Assembly: GCA_964414815.1 (NCBI GenBank)
Contig: CAYPXY010000020.1
Location: 3,956 to 67,955 of the forward strand
Direction of reading: 5' to 3'
DNA from: an uncultured Pirellulaceae bacterium
GTDB lineage: Bacteria; Planctomycetota; Planctomycetia; Pirellulales; Pirellulaceae
DNA length: 64,000 bases
The translations under genes were made by a program, and so were the position numbers. Position 1 is the stretch's first letter. Each line of letters begins with the position of its first letter. Shown here in pieces: positions 1 to 9,262 of this stretch. Under the pieces are notes generated by a model. It was not told the origin of the DNA. It was given only the letters and a program-made list of their open reading frames with translations, and searched no databases.

Positions 1-156
1 GCGATACACCAGTCGCTGTGCCGGTGAAAGCGAATCTGCGGCTGAATGATCCCAAAGGTCTAAAACGTGTTGGTAAGGTGATTTGTCGGTGGTAGGCACA
101 GGATTAAATAGGGTTGCCAGGTTAGGGTGGCCAAGTGTATATGGTTGTCAGGCTTC

Positions 157-187
157 AAGTTTAAACTTTAAGATGTAAAGTTTAAAG
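157..187. promoter_or_regulatory. Candidate operator: perfect 12-bp palindrome AAGTTTAAACTT (157-168) plus a second AAGTTTAAA copy 21 nt downstream, just 5' of the GTG start at 192
   Basis: Palindrome and direct repeat read directly from the sequence. The regulatory function is inferred only from its position. Confidence 0.2.
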
Positions 188-191
188 TGCC

Positions 192-1559
192 GTGGTGACA
201 CGTTATTTCAACGCCGTGAATTCGTTCCAAGCAAAAATCGAATCCCTTACTCGTGAAGTTGCGGAGCAGGTTTTTCCCGGCTTGGCGATCGGCGCTATCT
301 GTGATGGTCAACGACTGGTTTGGTTGAAGGGATTTCGTGACCTTGAACAACAGCATCCTGTTCAGGAGGACACGATGTTCGAAATCGGCTCCGTCACCAA
401 ACCGTTTACAGCTATTCTGCTCACGGAAATGGTGTCGCGTGGGCTGGTCGGGCTGGATGACCCCATCGGAAAGTACTTGCCCGACGACATCGATTGGGTG
501 GCCAATGGAGTTTACGAGATCACCTTTCGCGAGTTGGCCTATCATCAAAGCTCGCTTCCTCGGTTGCCCGTGAATCTGGATGAGACCATCATCGATCCTC
601 ATCAGCCTTATGAAAACTTTTCGGTTGAGGACCTATTGATGGCGCTCCAGAAGCATCAGGCCGGCAAAGGCAAAAAAGTAGAGGAGTATTCCAATTTTGG
701 ATACGGCCTGCTGGGTTACTTGTTGGGGCAGATTCATGGAAGCGATTACGAAACAGCGCTGCGCGAGTTGGTGCTGCAACCTTTGGGGCTTGGTGATACG
801 GCTTGCAAACTTTCCGAAGATCAAACGCGGCGGCTTGCTCAACCTACGATTGTAAAAGGTGTTCCGGTTCCAGCCTGGGTAATGCCAGAGGCCGTGATGG
901 GGGCGGGTGGGCTGAGGTCGACGCTGGCAGACATGATGATATTTCTTCAAGCCAACCTGCATCCGGAAAACACCCCACTTGAGTCAACATTGGGAGCCAC
1001 CCGACAAGTCCGGAGTTTCTGGAAGAAGGCATGGTGGCCGAGCGTTCTGGTATCCATCATGGTTTGGTTGGCGGTTGCCTACTTTTTGTCGAGCCGGATT
1101 CCATTTGGTCCTGCAGCTTCGATGTCCGCATTCTATCTCTATGTGTCGGTGTGTTTCGCCGGAGGCGATACCGGAAAGTTGGGGGCATTGCTTGTAAACG
1201 GTTTGCTGGTACTGGGAACGTGGTGGGTGTGGAGGGAGCAATTTTATTGGTGTCCGCACTTAATTTTCGGGAGTGCGCTCGCGTTATTATTATCGCATGC
1301 ATTCTGGAAAAAGGCGCGCGGAACCTTGGCCTGGTCCGTTGAGGATCACCGCAAGGGGACCGTATTCTGGCATAATGGGATGGTAGGTGGCTCCGCTGCG
1401 TTCATCGGCTTTATGCCCAAACGGTCGTTGGGGGTTGTGGTGTTGGCCAGTGCAGCGAAGGACGTTGACTGGATTGGATTCCAGTTGCTTGAGTTTCTTT
1501 CAGCCAGGCCAAGGCACCAGCCATTGAAGAAGCTCGATGAATTGGGAATTGCGCGTTAG
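192..1559 (+). CDS. Beta-lactamase-fold serine hydrolase with an internal block of hydrophobic, probably transmembrane, helices
   Basis: SxxK motif 'GSVTKPFT', YxN-like 'YSNFGY' and C-terminal 'HNGMVGGS' (KTG/HxG-equivalent). About 110 hydrophobic residues (WWPSVLVSIMVWLAVAYF ... LIFGSALALLLSHAFW) lie between the second and third motifs. Confidence 0.75.
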   Translation: MVTRYFNAVNSFQAKIESLTREVAEQVFPGLAIGAICDGQRLVWLKGFRDLEQQHPVQEDTMFEIGSVTKPFTAILLTEMVSRGLVGLDDPIGKYLPDDIDWVANGVYEITFRELAYHQSSLPRLPVNLDETIIDPHQPYENFSVEDLLMALQKHQAGKGKKVEEYSNFGYGLLGYLLGQIHGSDYETALRELVLQPLGLGDTACKLSEDQTRRLAQPTIVKGVPVPAWVMPEAVMGAGGLRSTLADMMIFLQANLHPENTPLESTLGATRQVRSFWKKAWWPSVLVSIMVWLAVAYFLSSRIPFGPAASMSAFYLYVSVCFAGGDTGKLGALLVNGLLVLGTWWVWREQFYWCPHLIFGSALALLLSHAFWKKARGTLAWSVEDHRKGTVFWHNGMVGGSAAFIGFMPKRSLGVVVLASAAKDVDWIGFQLLEFLSARPRHQPLKKLDELGIAR

Positions 1560-1584
1560 TTTGATCTACTAGACGAAGTTGGCA

Positions 1585-1653
1585 GGAAAATTGAACGCAG
1601 AAAAGTCTTTCGCGTCCAGGCTTCCGCGATCATTTTTCTGCGTTCAATTTTTC
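1585..1653 (+). terminator. Long hairpin between the hydrolase gene and alaS (about 20-nt arms GGAAAATTGAACGCAGAAAA / TTTTCTGCGTTCAATTTTTC)
   Basis: Inverted repeat seen directly. There is no clean U-tract, so a terminator role is tentative. Confidence 0.3.
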
Positions 1654-1715
1654 TGTCAACTGTGTGACTACCCTTTTCCGGTCGAAAAAGATATATTCTC
1701 GGAAAAGGAAACTGC

Positions 1716-4706
1716 ATGAAAACCAACGAAATTCGTCAAAAATACCTAGAGTTCTTTCATTCCAAGGGGCATACCATTGTCCCCAGCGATGTACTCGTCC
1801 CCAAATGGGATCCGACCGTATTGTTCACTCCGGCGGGGATGAACCAGTTCAAGGACCACTTTCTTGGCAAAGTCAAACTTGAATACACTCGGGCTACCAC
1901 TTCGCAAAAATGTCTGCGAACCGGCGACATCGAAAACGTAGGACGCACGGCCTACCACCACACGTTCTTTGAGATGCTAGGGAACTTCAGCTTCGGAGAT
2001 TATTTCAAACGTGACGCCATCCACTGGGCATGGGAATTTCTGACTGACAAAAAATGGCTGGCGATCGATCCGAATCGGTTGACGGTTTCGGTTTACCTTG
2101 ATGATGACGAGGCCGCTGAAATCTGGCAAAACGATATCGGTCTGCCGCTTGATCGCATCACTCGCATGGGCGAGCACGATAACTTCTGGCCCGCCGGTGC
2201 TCCGACCGATGGCCCGGACGGTGTCTGTGGACCGTGCAGCGAAATTTTCTTTCATCCGGACAACGGCCCCGAGTGCGAAATCTGGAATCTGGTTTTCACG
2301 CAGTTCAATCGCGTTGGCGATCCGCCCAACAATCTGATTCCGCTGCCGAGCAAAAACATCGACACAGGAATGGGACTTGAACGCATTGCCGCAACGATGC
2401 AAGGAGTTACCACCAACTTCCATATCGATACTCTGCGCCCGATTGTGAATGCGGCGGCCGAGGTGGTCGGTATCAAATACGATCCCGATTCAGAAAATGG
2501 GCGACGATTGCGGCGCATCACGGATCACATCCGAGCCTGTACGATGGCGATTCACGAGAATGTCTATCCGGGGGCGAACAAGGAAGAGTACGTCATCCGG
2601 CGACTCCTTCGTAGAGCCGTGCTGCAAGGTCATGAAATGGGTTTGCGAGAACCGTTCCTGTACCATCTTGTCCCTGAAGTCGTCAAACAAATGGAGCAAC
2701 CTTATCCCGAACTTCGTGGCACGGTTGATCGGGTGGCTCAGGTGGTCAAAAACGAGGAAAAGAACTTTTTCAGTACGCTCGATGGCGGATTGGCAAAGAT
2801 CGAAACGATCTTCGATGCCATGCGACGTTCCAATCAGGCAACGGTCGACGGAAAAGAGGCTTTCGATCTCTATCAAACGTTTGGTATTCCCGCCGAGTTG
2901 TTTGCCACGATGGCGGAGGAACGAGGGCTTGAGTTTGATTGGAGTGCCTACCAAACGGCCATCGAACAACATGGAATCGACAGCGGTGCCGGTTCCAAGG
3001 GAGTGATGGGCGATTTCGGACCGATCGATGACATCAAGCGGGAAGTTAAATCGACGCCCTTCACCGGATACGCGGAGACGAAAGCGAAGAGTAGCGTTTG
3101 CGGATTGGTTGAAGATGTGGGTGTGCAACAGGCTTCGGTGGATGGCGAAGGGACAGCTAAATCGGATCAGGACCATCAAGCCGTTTCGGAGCAGCGACGT
3201 GTGGGCGCGATTCATGCTCGCGATGATGGGGCCGGGGCGCGCGAGACAGACCGGGAGGTCTATCCCACAAAGTCAGAGGTCTGTCCCACGAAGTCAGAGG
3301 TCTATCCCACGAAACAGTATGTCGTACTGGAAAGCACGCCTTTTTATGCGGAGTCGGGCGGTCAGGTGGGGGATACGGGCCAAATCGTCGGCCCGAGCGG
3401 AACATTTTCTGTAACCGACACGCAGAAGAATGGTGATGTCATCCTTCATATCGGACAAATGATTCAGGGAACGCTATCAGATGGCGATACCGTTTCTGCG
3501 GTCGTTGATGAACCAAGGCGCAATGCCATTCGTAGAGCCCACTCGGCGACGCATATCCTGCACCATGCGCTGCAGAAAAATCTGGGCGAACATGCCCAAC
3601 AACGTGGCTCGAAGGTTGTGGATGACCTGTTGCGATTTGATTTTGCCAATCTCGAAGCCGTACAACCGGCCCAGCTATCGGCGATCGAAACGATGGTGAT
3701 CGATAAGATTGGACTCGGAGGAACCGTTATTGCTGAAATTTTGCCGCTCGAACAAGCCAAGAAAGCCGGCGCGATGATGTTGTTCGGAGAAAAGTATCCT
3801 GATCCGGTGCGTATGGTTTCGATAGGCGATTTCAGCAAGGAACTCTGTGGCGGTACGCATGTCGCTGCGGTCTCGGACATTGAGCGGTTTGAGATTCTGT
3901 CGGAAGAAAATATTTCATCAGGGACTCGGCGCATCCAGGCCATCACTGGGAACCGGGCGCTCGAATATCAAGATCGGGTTCGCGGTACTGCTGAGCAAAT
4001 GGCGACGAAGCTGGGTGTCCGCGCGATCGATCTGCCAAACGCCGTTTTGCAAATCCACGAAGAAGCTAAAAACCTGAAGAAACAACTTGCCGGAACGAAG
4101 AAGGAAGTCCGTTCGCCGTTGGAGACGAGCATCGTCAACCAAACGGACCCAAAGCAACGGTTTCTCAATCAGGATGGAAGGGAGCTGAGTTATCCCGAAG
4201 TTCGCGAACTTTTGAGAACCGTGGCTGGACGGCTCAATGTGTCGCTGCTCGAGGCTGCGGGTCGGGTCGAAGGCATGCTTGCCGAGATTGATCGCTTGAA
4301 AGAACGTCTGGCTCAACAAGGCAGCCAATCGATTGACGTCGATCAGCTCATTGCCAGTGCGGAAACCGCGAGCGGCATGAATTTGATCGTGGCGGAAGTT
4401 CCCGAAACCGATGTGAATCAACTCAAGCAGGTGATTGATCAAATTCGCAAGAAAACAGAATCGGCGGCCATTTTTCTTGCAACCCGACAGGGTGATGACA
4501 AGGTAGTGCTGGTGGCCGGACTGAGCCGAAACCTGGTCGACGCTGGAATGAGTGCCGGCGACTGGATCAAATCAGTCGCTCCGGTCGTCGGGGGAGGCGG
4601 TGGTGGAAAACCCGATCTGGCCCAGGCCGGTGGAAAAGAAGTTGCCAAAATTCCAGAAGCCATTTCCGCCGCAAGAACGTATCTTCAGAATGTTTCGGTT
4701 CGTTAA
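1716..4706 (+). CDS. alaS: Alanine--tRNA ligase (996 aa, longer than the usual ~875 aa)
   Basis: Motifs 'FFEMLGNFSFGDYFK', 'TPFYAESGGQVGDTG', editing-domain 'HSATHILH' and 'CGGTHV', and C-terminal 'GGGGGGKPDLAQAGG'. Confidence 0.97.
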   Translation: MKTNEIRQKYLEFFHSKGHTIVPSDVLVPKWDPTVLFTPAGMNQFKDHFLGKVKLEYTRATTSQKCLRTGDIENVGRTAYHHTFFEMLGNFSFGDYFKRDAIHWAWEFLTDKKWLAIDPNRLTVSVYLDDDEAAEIWQNDIGLPLDRITRMGEHDNFWPAGAPTDGPDGVCGPCSEIFFHPDNGPECEIWNLVFTQFNRVGDPPNNLIPLPSKNIDTGMGLERIAATMQGVTTNFHIDTLRPIVNAAAEVVGIKYDPDSENGRRLRRITDHIRACTMAIHENVYPGANKEEYVIRRLLRRAVLQGHEMGLREPFLYHLVPEVVKQMEQPYPELRGTVDRVAQVVKNEEKNFFSTLDGGLAKIETIFDAMRRSNQATVDGKEAFDLYQTFGIPAELFATMAEERGLEFDWSAYQTAIEQHGIDSGAGSKGVMGDFGPIDDIKREVKSTPFTGYAETKAKSSVCGLVEDVGVQQASVDGEGTAKSDQDHQAVSEQRRVGAIHARDDGAGARETDREVYPTKSEVCPTKSEVYPTKQYVVLESTPFYAESGGQVGDTGQIVGPSGTFSVTDTQKNGDVILHIGQMIQGTLSDGDTVSAVVDEPRRNAIRRAHSATHILHHALQKNLGEHAQQRGSKVVDDLLRFDFANLEAVQPAQLSAIETMVIDKIGLGGTVIAEILPLEQAKKAGAMMLFGEKYPDPVRMVSIGDFSKELCGGTHVAAVSDIERFEILSEENISSGTRRIQAITGNRALEYQDRVRGTAEQMATKLGVRAIDLPNAVLQIHEEAKNLKKQLAGTKKEVRSPLETSIVNQTDPKQRFLNQDGRELSYPEVRELLRTVAGRLNVSLLEAAGRVEGMLAEIDRLKERLAQQGSQSIDVDQLIASAETASGMNLIVAEVPETDVNQLKQVIDQIRKKTESAAIFLATRQGDDKVVLVAGLSRNLVDAGMSAGDWIKSVAPVVGGGGGGKPDLAQAGGKEVAKIPEAISAARTYLQNVSVR
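3255..3317 (+). repeat. Three tandem 21-bp units (GAGGTCTATCCCACAAAGTCA-like) in frame inside alaS, encoding EVYPTKS/EVCPTKS/EVYPTKQ
   Basis: Direct reading of the nucleotide and peptide repeat. Confidence 0.9.
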
Positions 4707-4720
4707 GAAACATTCTGAAG
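4683..4720 (+). terminator. 14-bp-stem hairpin (CTTCAGAATGTTTC / GAAACATTCTGAAG) spanning the alaS stop codon
   Basis: Perfect inverted repeat seen directly. No U-tract follows it. Confidence 0.3.
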
Positions 4721-4880
4721 GGGTGTCGGGAGACGAATCGTGGCTTCCCACGAGCCGCTTTCTGGCGAAAAACGTGTGAATTGGCTCGCTTACCCGTTGA
4801 CCTATCGGGTAGAATGAGCCTAATTTGCTGAAACTCAAAAACTAAAATCAAACTGAAATTAACCCAAACGGAGAAAAGAA

Positions 4881-5930
4881 ATGCGAATTAAGAACACATT
4901 GCTGTGGAGTTGCACCTTGTTGATTGCGGTATCGCAGTCTGCATTTGCCCAAACAGCGCCACTGGCTGAAAAGCAACGAGCCGTACTTGCATTTGAAATC
5001 GATGTGGATCGATTCCTGGCAAGTCCCTTGGCTCAACTTCCTGCACTGAGCCAGGGAATTCAAGGATTTCAGCAAGGTGCTGGAGGGGATAATTTTGATA
5101 TTAAAAACGTATCCAAAATTTCCGGCTTCGCCAGTGCTCCCGAAGGACTGGCAGCTTTTCAGCGAAGCTCCGACAGCGACACACCTGTTGAATTCTTCGT
5201 TCAAATCCACTTCAAAAGTGAATCGGCGATAAAAGAAATGTTGGCCGATCTGGCTGAAAAAAGCACCACCTATGAAGAAGGCGGCCGAACCTATTATCGA
5301 CCCAATAATCCCAATGGGCCTCAAAACATCCGGGGCTTCCAGGCCGACGCATTGACACTGGTCACTGCAACGACCAACTATCTTGGTTTGTCCAGCCCGA
5401 AACAGGCATTCACTTCGAATCTCTCTTCAGCCTGGAGCCACATCGGCAGCCAGGACGACGCCGTTCGAATCGCGGTCGATTTGCATGGTGCTCGTGACTT
5501 GATCAACCAGGCCGTTGACCAAGCCAAGGGGAATGCCGATGCCATGGGCCAGGCTTTTCTGGATTTGGTTCCTGGGATTACCGACGTTCGATTGACACTC
5601 GATTTTAGTGGCAAAAATTTGCTGACCTTCGGATCGACCTGCTCAAGCGAAGACAATGCAACACAGCTTAACGATGCATTGGATTCCATCTTGGGTATGG
5701 CCAAGATGGCAGGCGGCATGCAATTGGGTCAGTTCAAGCAACAAGCAGAGCTTGCCGGCATCGCAAAAGTTGGCGAACAGATCCTGGACGCACTGAGCCC
5801 AAAGCAGAACGGTACTCAAGTAACCGTCACCATTCCGAGGCCGGAAGGCTTTGAAGCAGCCCTGCAGCAAATCGGGGCAATGATGCCGGGTGGACCAGGC
5901 CCCGGTGGTTTCGACGATGATGATTTTTAG
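4881..5930 (+). CDS. Secreted hypothetical protein with an N-terminal signal peptide and an acidic 'GGFDDDDF' C-terminus
   Basis: Signal-like 'MRIKNTLLWSCTLLIAVSQSAFAQ', a GGAG-type ribosome-binding site upstream, and a long ORF with no recognised domain. Confidence 0.6.
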   Translation: MRIKNTLLWSCTLLIAVSQSAFAQTAPLAEKQRAVLAFEIDVDRFLASPLAQLPALSQGIQGFQQGAGGDNFDIKNVSKISGFASAPEGLAAFQRSSDSDTPVEFFVQIHFKSESAIKEMLADLAEKSTTYEEGGRTYYRPNNPNGPQNIRGFQADALTLVTATTNYLGLSSPKQAFTSNLSSAWSHIGSQDDAVRIAVDLHGARDLINQAVDQAKGNADAMGQAFLDLVPGITDVRLTLDFSGKNLLTFGSTCSSEDNATQLNDALDSILGMAKMAGGMQLGQFKQQAELAGIAKVGEQILDALSPKQNGTQVTVTIPRPEGFEAALQQIGAMMPGGPGPGGFDDDDF

Positions 5931-5965
5931 AGATTCATCGTCTGTTTTAATTAAGAATGCAACTC

Positions 5966-5995
5966 AACCGATTCACGAAAGTGAGTCGGTTTTTT
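5966..5995 (+). terminator. Rho-independent terminator after the 4881-5930 gene (stem AACCGATTCAC/GTGAGTCGGTT, GAAA loop, T6)
   Basis: Stem-loop followed by TTTTTT, seen directly. It overlaps the stop of the convergent BON gene. Confidence 0.5.
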
Positions 5996-6237
5996 CATGC
6001 GTCCCAGCAAACTTCCAGATCGTTCTCGATGGACGAGATTCCCGCGACGCGTTTCAGAGCCTCTTGAGCAATCTGTTTTTCGAAATACGTCTGAACCGTT
6101 CCCTCAATCGTGACTTGCTCTCCGCTCGTTTTCAAACGAACGTTCCGTTGTCTCAAATGGGGATGGTTGACAATGACGGCCACCGCCTGTTCATGCAAAC
6201 CAAAGGCAGATGACGGGACAAGGAGAGGTGCTGACAT
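5995..6237 (-). CDS. Small single-domain BON protein
   Basis: 'VTIEGTVQTYFEKQIAQEALKRVAGISSIENDLEV' matches the BON domain pattern. Confidence 0.7.
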   Translation of the reverse strand: MSAPLLVPSSAFGLHEQAVAVIVNHPHLRQRNVRLKTSGEQVTIEGTVQTYFEKQIAQEALKRVAGISSIENDLEVCWDA

Positions 6238-6688
6238 GATGGTATCCGGTAGGCATCCAGGGCATCATTAGGCCGGGATCGGGAGGCTCGGCCCAATTTG
6301 ATTGAAATGCTGACCCCCAATGGATCAACAAACGTTGCCGCACTTATGAAATACCACCGCGTTAGAGAATCTCCAGAAAAATTTCTGACACGATACTCCA
6401 GTTTAGGAAAAGCAGTCCAGTTGTAGCAACTGGAAGGGCAATTCCTCAATAAGGATAGCAGTTTGGTGAATCTGGTTTGATGGAATGATGATTCAATGAT
6501 GGGTAAATCAGTTCGGCGATGATTGGGGTATCCGTTCAGGCTTAAATCTCGAAGAGGCTATGATTTTTTTGGACAGGCCGTCCTGTTAGAAACACAATGT
6601 CGGTAGTCAAATTGAACGGAATTCCGGTTATACTAGAACCGTATTTGCTTTAACGCCTCCTGCAGCGAACCGTTGTTCCCTCAATTCT

Positions 6689-9130
6689 ATGAGCCAAATC
6701 AAATTGCCATTCTGGACTCAGTTCCACACGAGGGCCACCAGATTTCCAGATTCATGGATAATGTTCGCCAGTGTCGCGATGGTGATCGGACAAGTTCTTT
6801 TGATTTCGGCGGCTCATCACGGTTCATTCGGCTTTCGAAACGCAAGACTTTCTCAGCATCAACCTGCAGGTTCAGAACTGGCCAGCGATCAAGAACCTGT
6901 CAATAAAGAACTGGCCGAACGGCTCGACGATACCACTCGAGGCAAACAAATCTACCTCCAACAGTGCGCTCAGTGTCATGGCGAGCGCGGTGAGGGAACG
7001 GAGCAATACTCGCTGTTGCTGACCGGTGATCTGGCCGTGGATGAACTGGCGTCGCTGATTGATGCCACCATGCCTGAAGATGCACCGGAGCAGTGTGTCG
7101 GCAACGACGCGAAAGAAGTGGCCCGGTATATCTACGACGCTTTCTATTCTGCCGAGGCTCAGCGGACGCACTCGAAACCCCAAGTTGATTTCTCACGATT
7201 GACCGAGCGGCAGTTCCGGGAATCGGTGACTGATTTGTTCGGTAATTTCGATCCGCCCGTCTGGCACTCGCCGGAACGTGGATTGAAAGCCCATTATTTT
7301 GCGTCCCGCAACTGGAACGCCAAACGAAAACTTGCCGAGCAGGTCGATGCCAACATTAATTTCGGCGATGGAGTTCCCCATTTCAGTGCAACGGGCGAGT
7401 ACCCCAACGTCGAACCCAAAAAAGAAGATGAAAACCAGATGGGGGACGGATTTTCGGTCTACTGGAGCGGATCGGTTTTGGCGCCGCAAACCGGTGTTTA
7501 TTCATTTCGAGTGGAATCCAAAAACGGTTTCCAGTTGCGAGTCAATCAACAAGAGCCGCCACTGATCGACCGCAAAGTCCGCTCGGATGATGTTGAGAAC
7601 CATGAAGCCACTATTTTTCTGCAAGCCGGAAGAGCCTATCGTTTGAAGATCGAGTTTTTCTCGTATCCCGATCCGCCCGCGCGGATCCGCTTGTTATGGA
7701 AGCCGCCCCACGGTGTCGAGGAAGTGATTCCGCAAGACTACTTGATGCCGCACGAGCTTCCGGTGGCGATGGTGGTTGCCAGCCCCTTTCCACCTGACGA
7801 TTCCTCTCACGGCTATGCGCGTGGAATCTCGGTTTCCCAGGAATGGGATGAAGCAGTCACGGCGGCCGCCATGGAAGCGGCCGAATGGGCGGCAGAGCGG
7901 ATGTGGCATCTGGCTCAGGCAAAGGATTCGGATGAAGATCGGCTGGAGAAAATTAAATCCTTTTGCGTCCAATGGGTTGAGTTTTCTTTTGTGAAAAATT
8001 TAACAAATGAAGAACAGGCGTTTTTTGTTGATCAGCATTTCGACAATGAGCTTTTGTTGAAAGATCAGGTCAAACGGGTAGTGATGCTGGCGATCAAGTC
8101 GCCACGATTTCTTTTTCCGGAGCTGGAGCAGCGCGATCCCCATTTCACAGTCGCGCGGCGATTGGCACTCGGGATATGGGACTCGATTCCGGATCGTGAG
8201 TTGTTTGAACTTGCCGAACAGGGAAAGCTGACTGACCCGCAGGTGATCGAAGGTCAGCTCTGGCGGATGATGAGTCATCCGAAAGCCGCCGCAAAGCTGT
8301 CATCATTTTTTGCGGACTGGCTTCAAATGGATCGCGCCCATCATGCCGCCAGAGATCCAGAACGCTTTCCCGGTTTCGATGCGGAACTGCTGGTCGAGAG
8401 TCGCCGAAGTCTTGAAAATTTTGTCCACCAGATCGCGTGGAGTGACTCGTCCGACTACCGTCAGTTGTTTCTTGCTCCGCATATTTTTGAGAATCCCCGA
8501 TTGGCTCAATACTATGGGCCAGAGACGGAGACGGGGACATCGCGCTATGTGGGCGTGTTGTCGCATCCGTATTTGATGACCGGGTTTGCCCATTATCGCG
8601 ACAGTTCACCGATCCATCGAGGTGTTTTTGTCGCCAGAAATTTGTTGGGGCGAAGCATGAAGCAGCCCAATGAGAATTTTGAGCCGTTGACGGAAGATTT
8701 TGATCCGTCGATGACCAATCGTCAGCGTGTCGAATACCAGACCAAGGAAACAAGTTGCATGAGTTGCCATGCGATGATCAACCCGCTGGGATTCAGTCTT
8801 GAGAATTACGATGCCGTGGGAAGATTCCGCGAGACCGAGAAAGAAAAGCCGATCGATGCGTCGGCGGTCTACCGAACGGCGGCCGGCGAAAACATCCCCC
8901 TCAACAGCTCAATAGATCTAGCCCATTTTCTGGTGGGGGATGAAACCGCACAAAAACACTTCATTCGCCGGCTGTTTCAGCACTACATTCGCCAGCCGAT
9001 TGATGCCTATGGCGAGTCGACTCTCGACGATATTCATCAAGGTTTTGTTGACAGCGACTTCCATATCAGGCAAACTGTGATGTTGGTCGTCAAGGCGACG
9101 GTTTCAGAGTATGTAAGCGAGTTGCCGTAG
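6689..9130 (+). CDS. Planctomycete DUF1592-family protein with an N-terminal cytochrome c motif, a PA14-like domain and DUF1595/1592/1588/1585-type regions
   Basis: 'CAQCHGERGEG' heme motif, PA14-like 'GFSVYWSGSVLAPQTGVYSFRVESKNGFQLRVN', and C-terminal 'CMSCHAMINPLGFSLENYDAVGRFR'. The start may be the internal Met 'MFASVAMV'. Confidence 0.85.
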   Translation: MSQIKLPFWTQFHTRATRFPDSWIMFASVAMVIGQVLLISAAHHGSFGFRNARLSQHQPAGSELASDQEPVNKELAERLDDTTRGKQIYLQQCAQCHGERGEGTEQYSLLLTGDLAVDELASLIDATMPEDAPEQCVGNDAKEVARYIYDAFYSAEAQRTHSKPQVDFSRLTERQFRESVTDLFGNFDPPVWHSPERGLKAHYFASRNWNAKRKLAEQVDANINFGDGVPHFSATGEYPNVEPKKEDENQMGDGFSVYWSGSVLAPQTGVYSFRVESKNGFQLRVNQQEPPLIDRKVRSDDVENHEATIFLQAGRAYRLKIEFFSYPDPPARIRLLWKPPHGVEEVIPQDYLMPHELPVAMVVASPFPPDDSSHGYARGISVSQEWDEAVTAAAMEAAEWAAERMWHLAQAKDSDEDRLEKIKSFCVQWVEFSFVKNLTNEEQAFFVDQHFDNELLLKDQVKRVVMLAIKSPRFLFPELEQRDPHFTVARRLALGIWDSIPDRELFELAEQGKLTDPQVIEGQLWRMMSHPKAAAKLSSFFADWLQMDRAHHAARDPERFPGFDAELLVESRRSLENFVHQIAWSDSSDYRQLFLAPHIFENPRLAQYYGPETETGTSRYVGVLSHPYLMTGFAHYRDSSPIHRGVFVARNLLGRSMKQPNENFEPLTEDFDPSMTNRQRVEYQTKETSCMSCHAMINPLGFSLENYDAVGRFRETEKEKPIDASAVYRTAAGENIPLNSSIDLAHFLVGDETAQKHFIRRLFQHYIRQPIDAYGESTLDDIHQGFVDSDFHIRQTVMLVVKATVSEYVSELP

Positions 9131-9225
9131 GCGAGCTACTGTAGGCGAGTCTCTCCGAGACTCGCGCATTTTTAAGCGAGTGTATCCAAGGATCGTGATT
9201 CAGCGTCTCGGAGAGACGCTGCTAC
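9127..9225. repeat. Family-2 hairpin element in inverted orientation: GTAGGCGAGTCTCTCCGAGACTCGC plus a second hairpin CAGCGTCTCGGAGAGACGCTG
   Basis: Same core as 26974-27090 and 51963-52079. 'GTAGGCGAG' is duplicated at 9127 and 9141. Confidence 0.8.
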
Positions 9226-9262
9226 ATTAGACACTGCTGCACTCCACCAGCGAGACATTAAC

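Noticed and set aside
1-191. A possible 3' end of an upstream gene at the window start.
   Set aside because: No ORF of useful length or recognisable motif can be supported from 191 nt.
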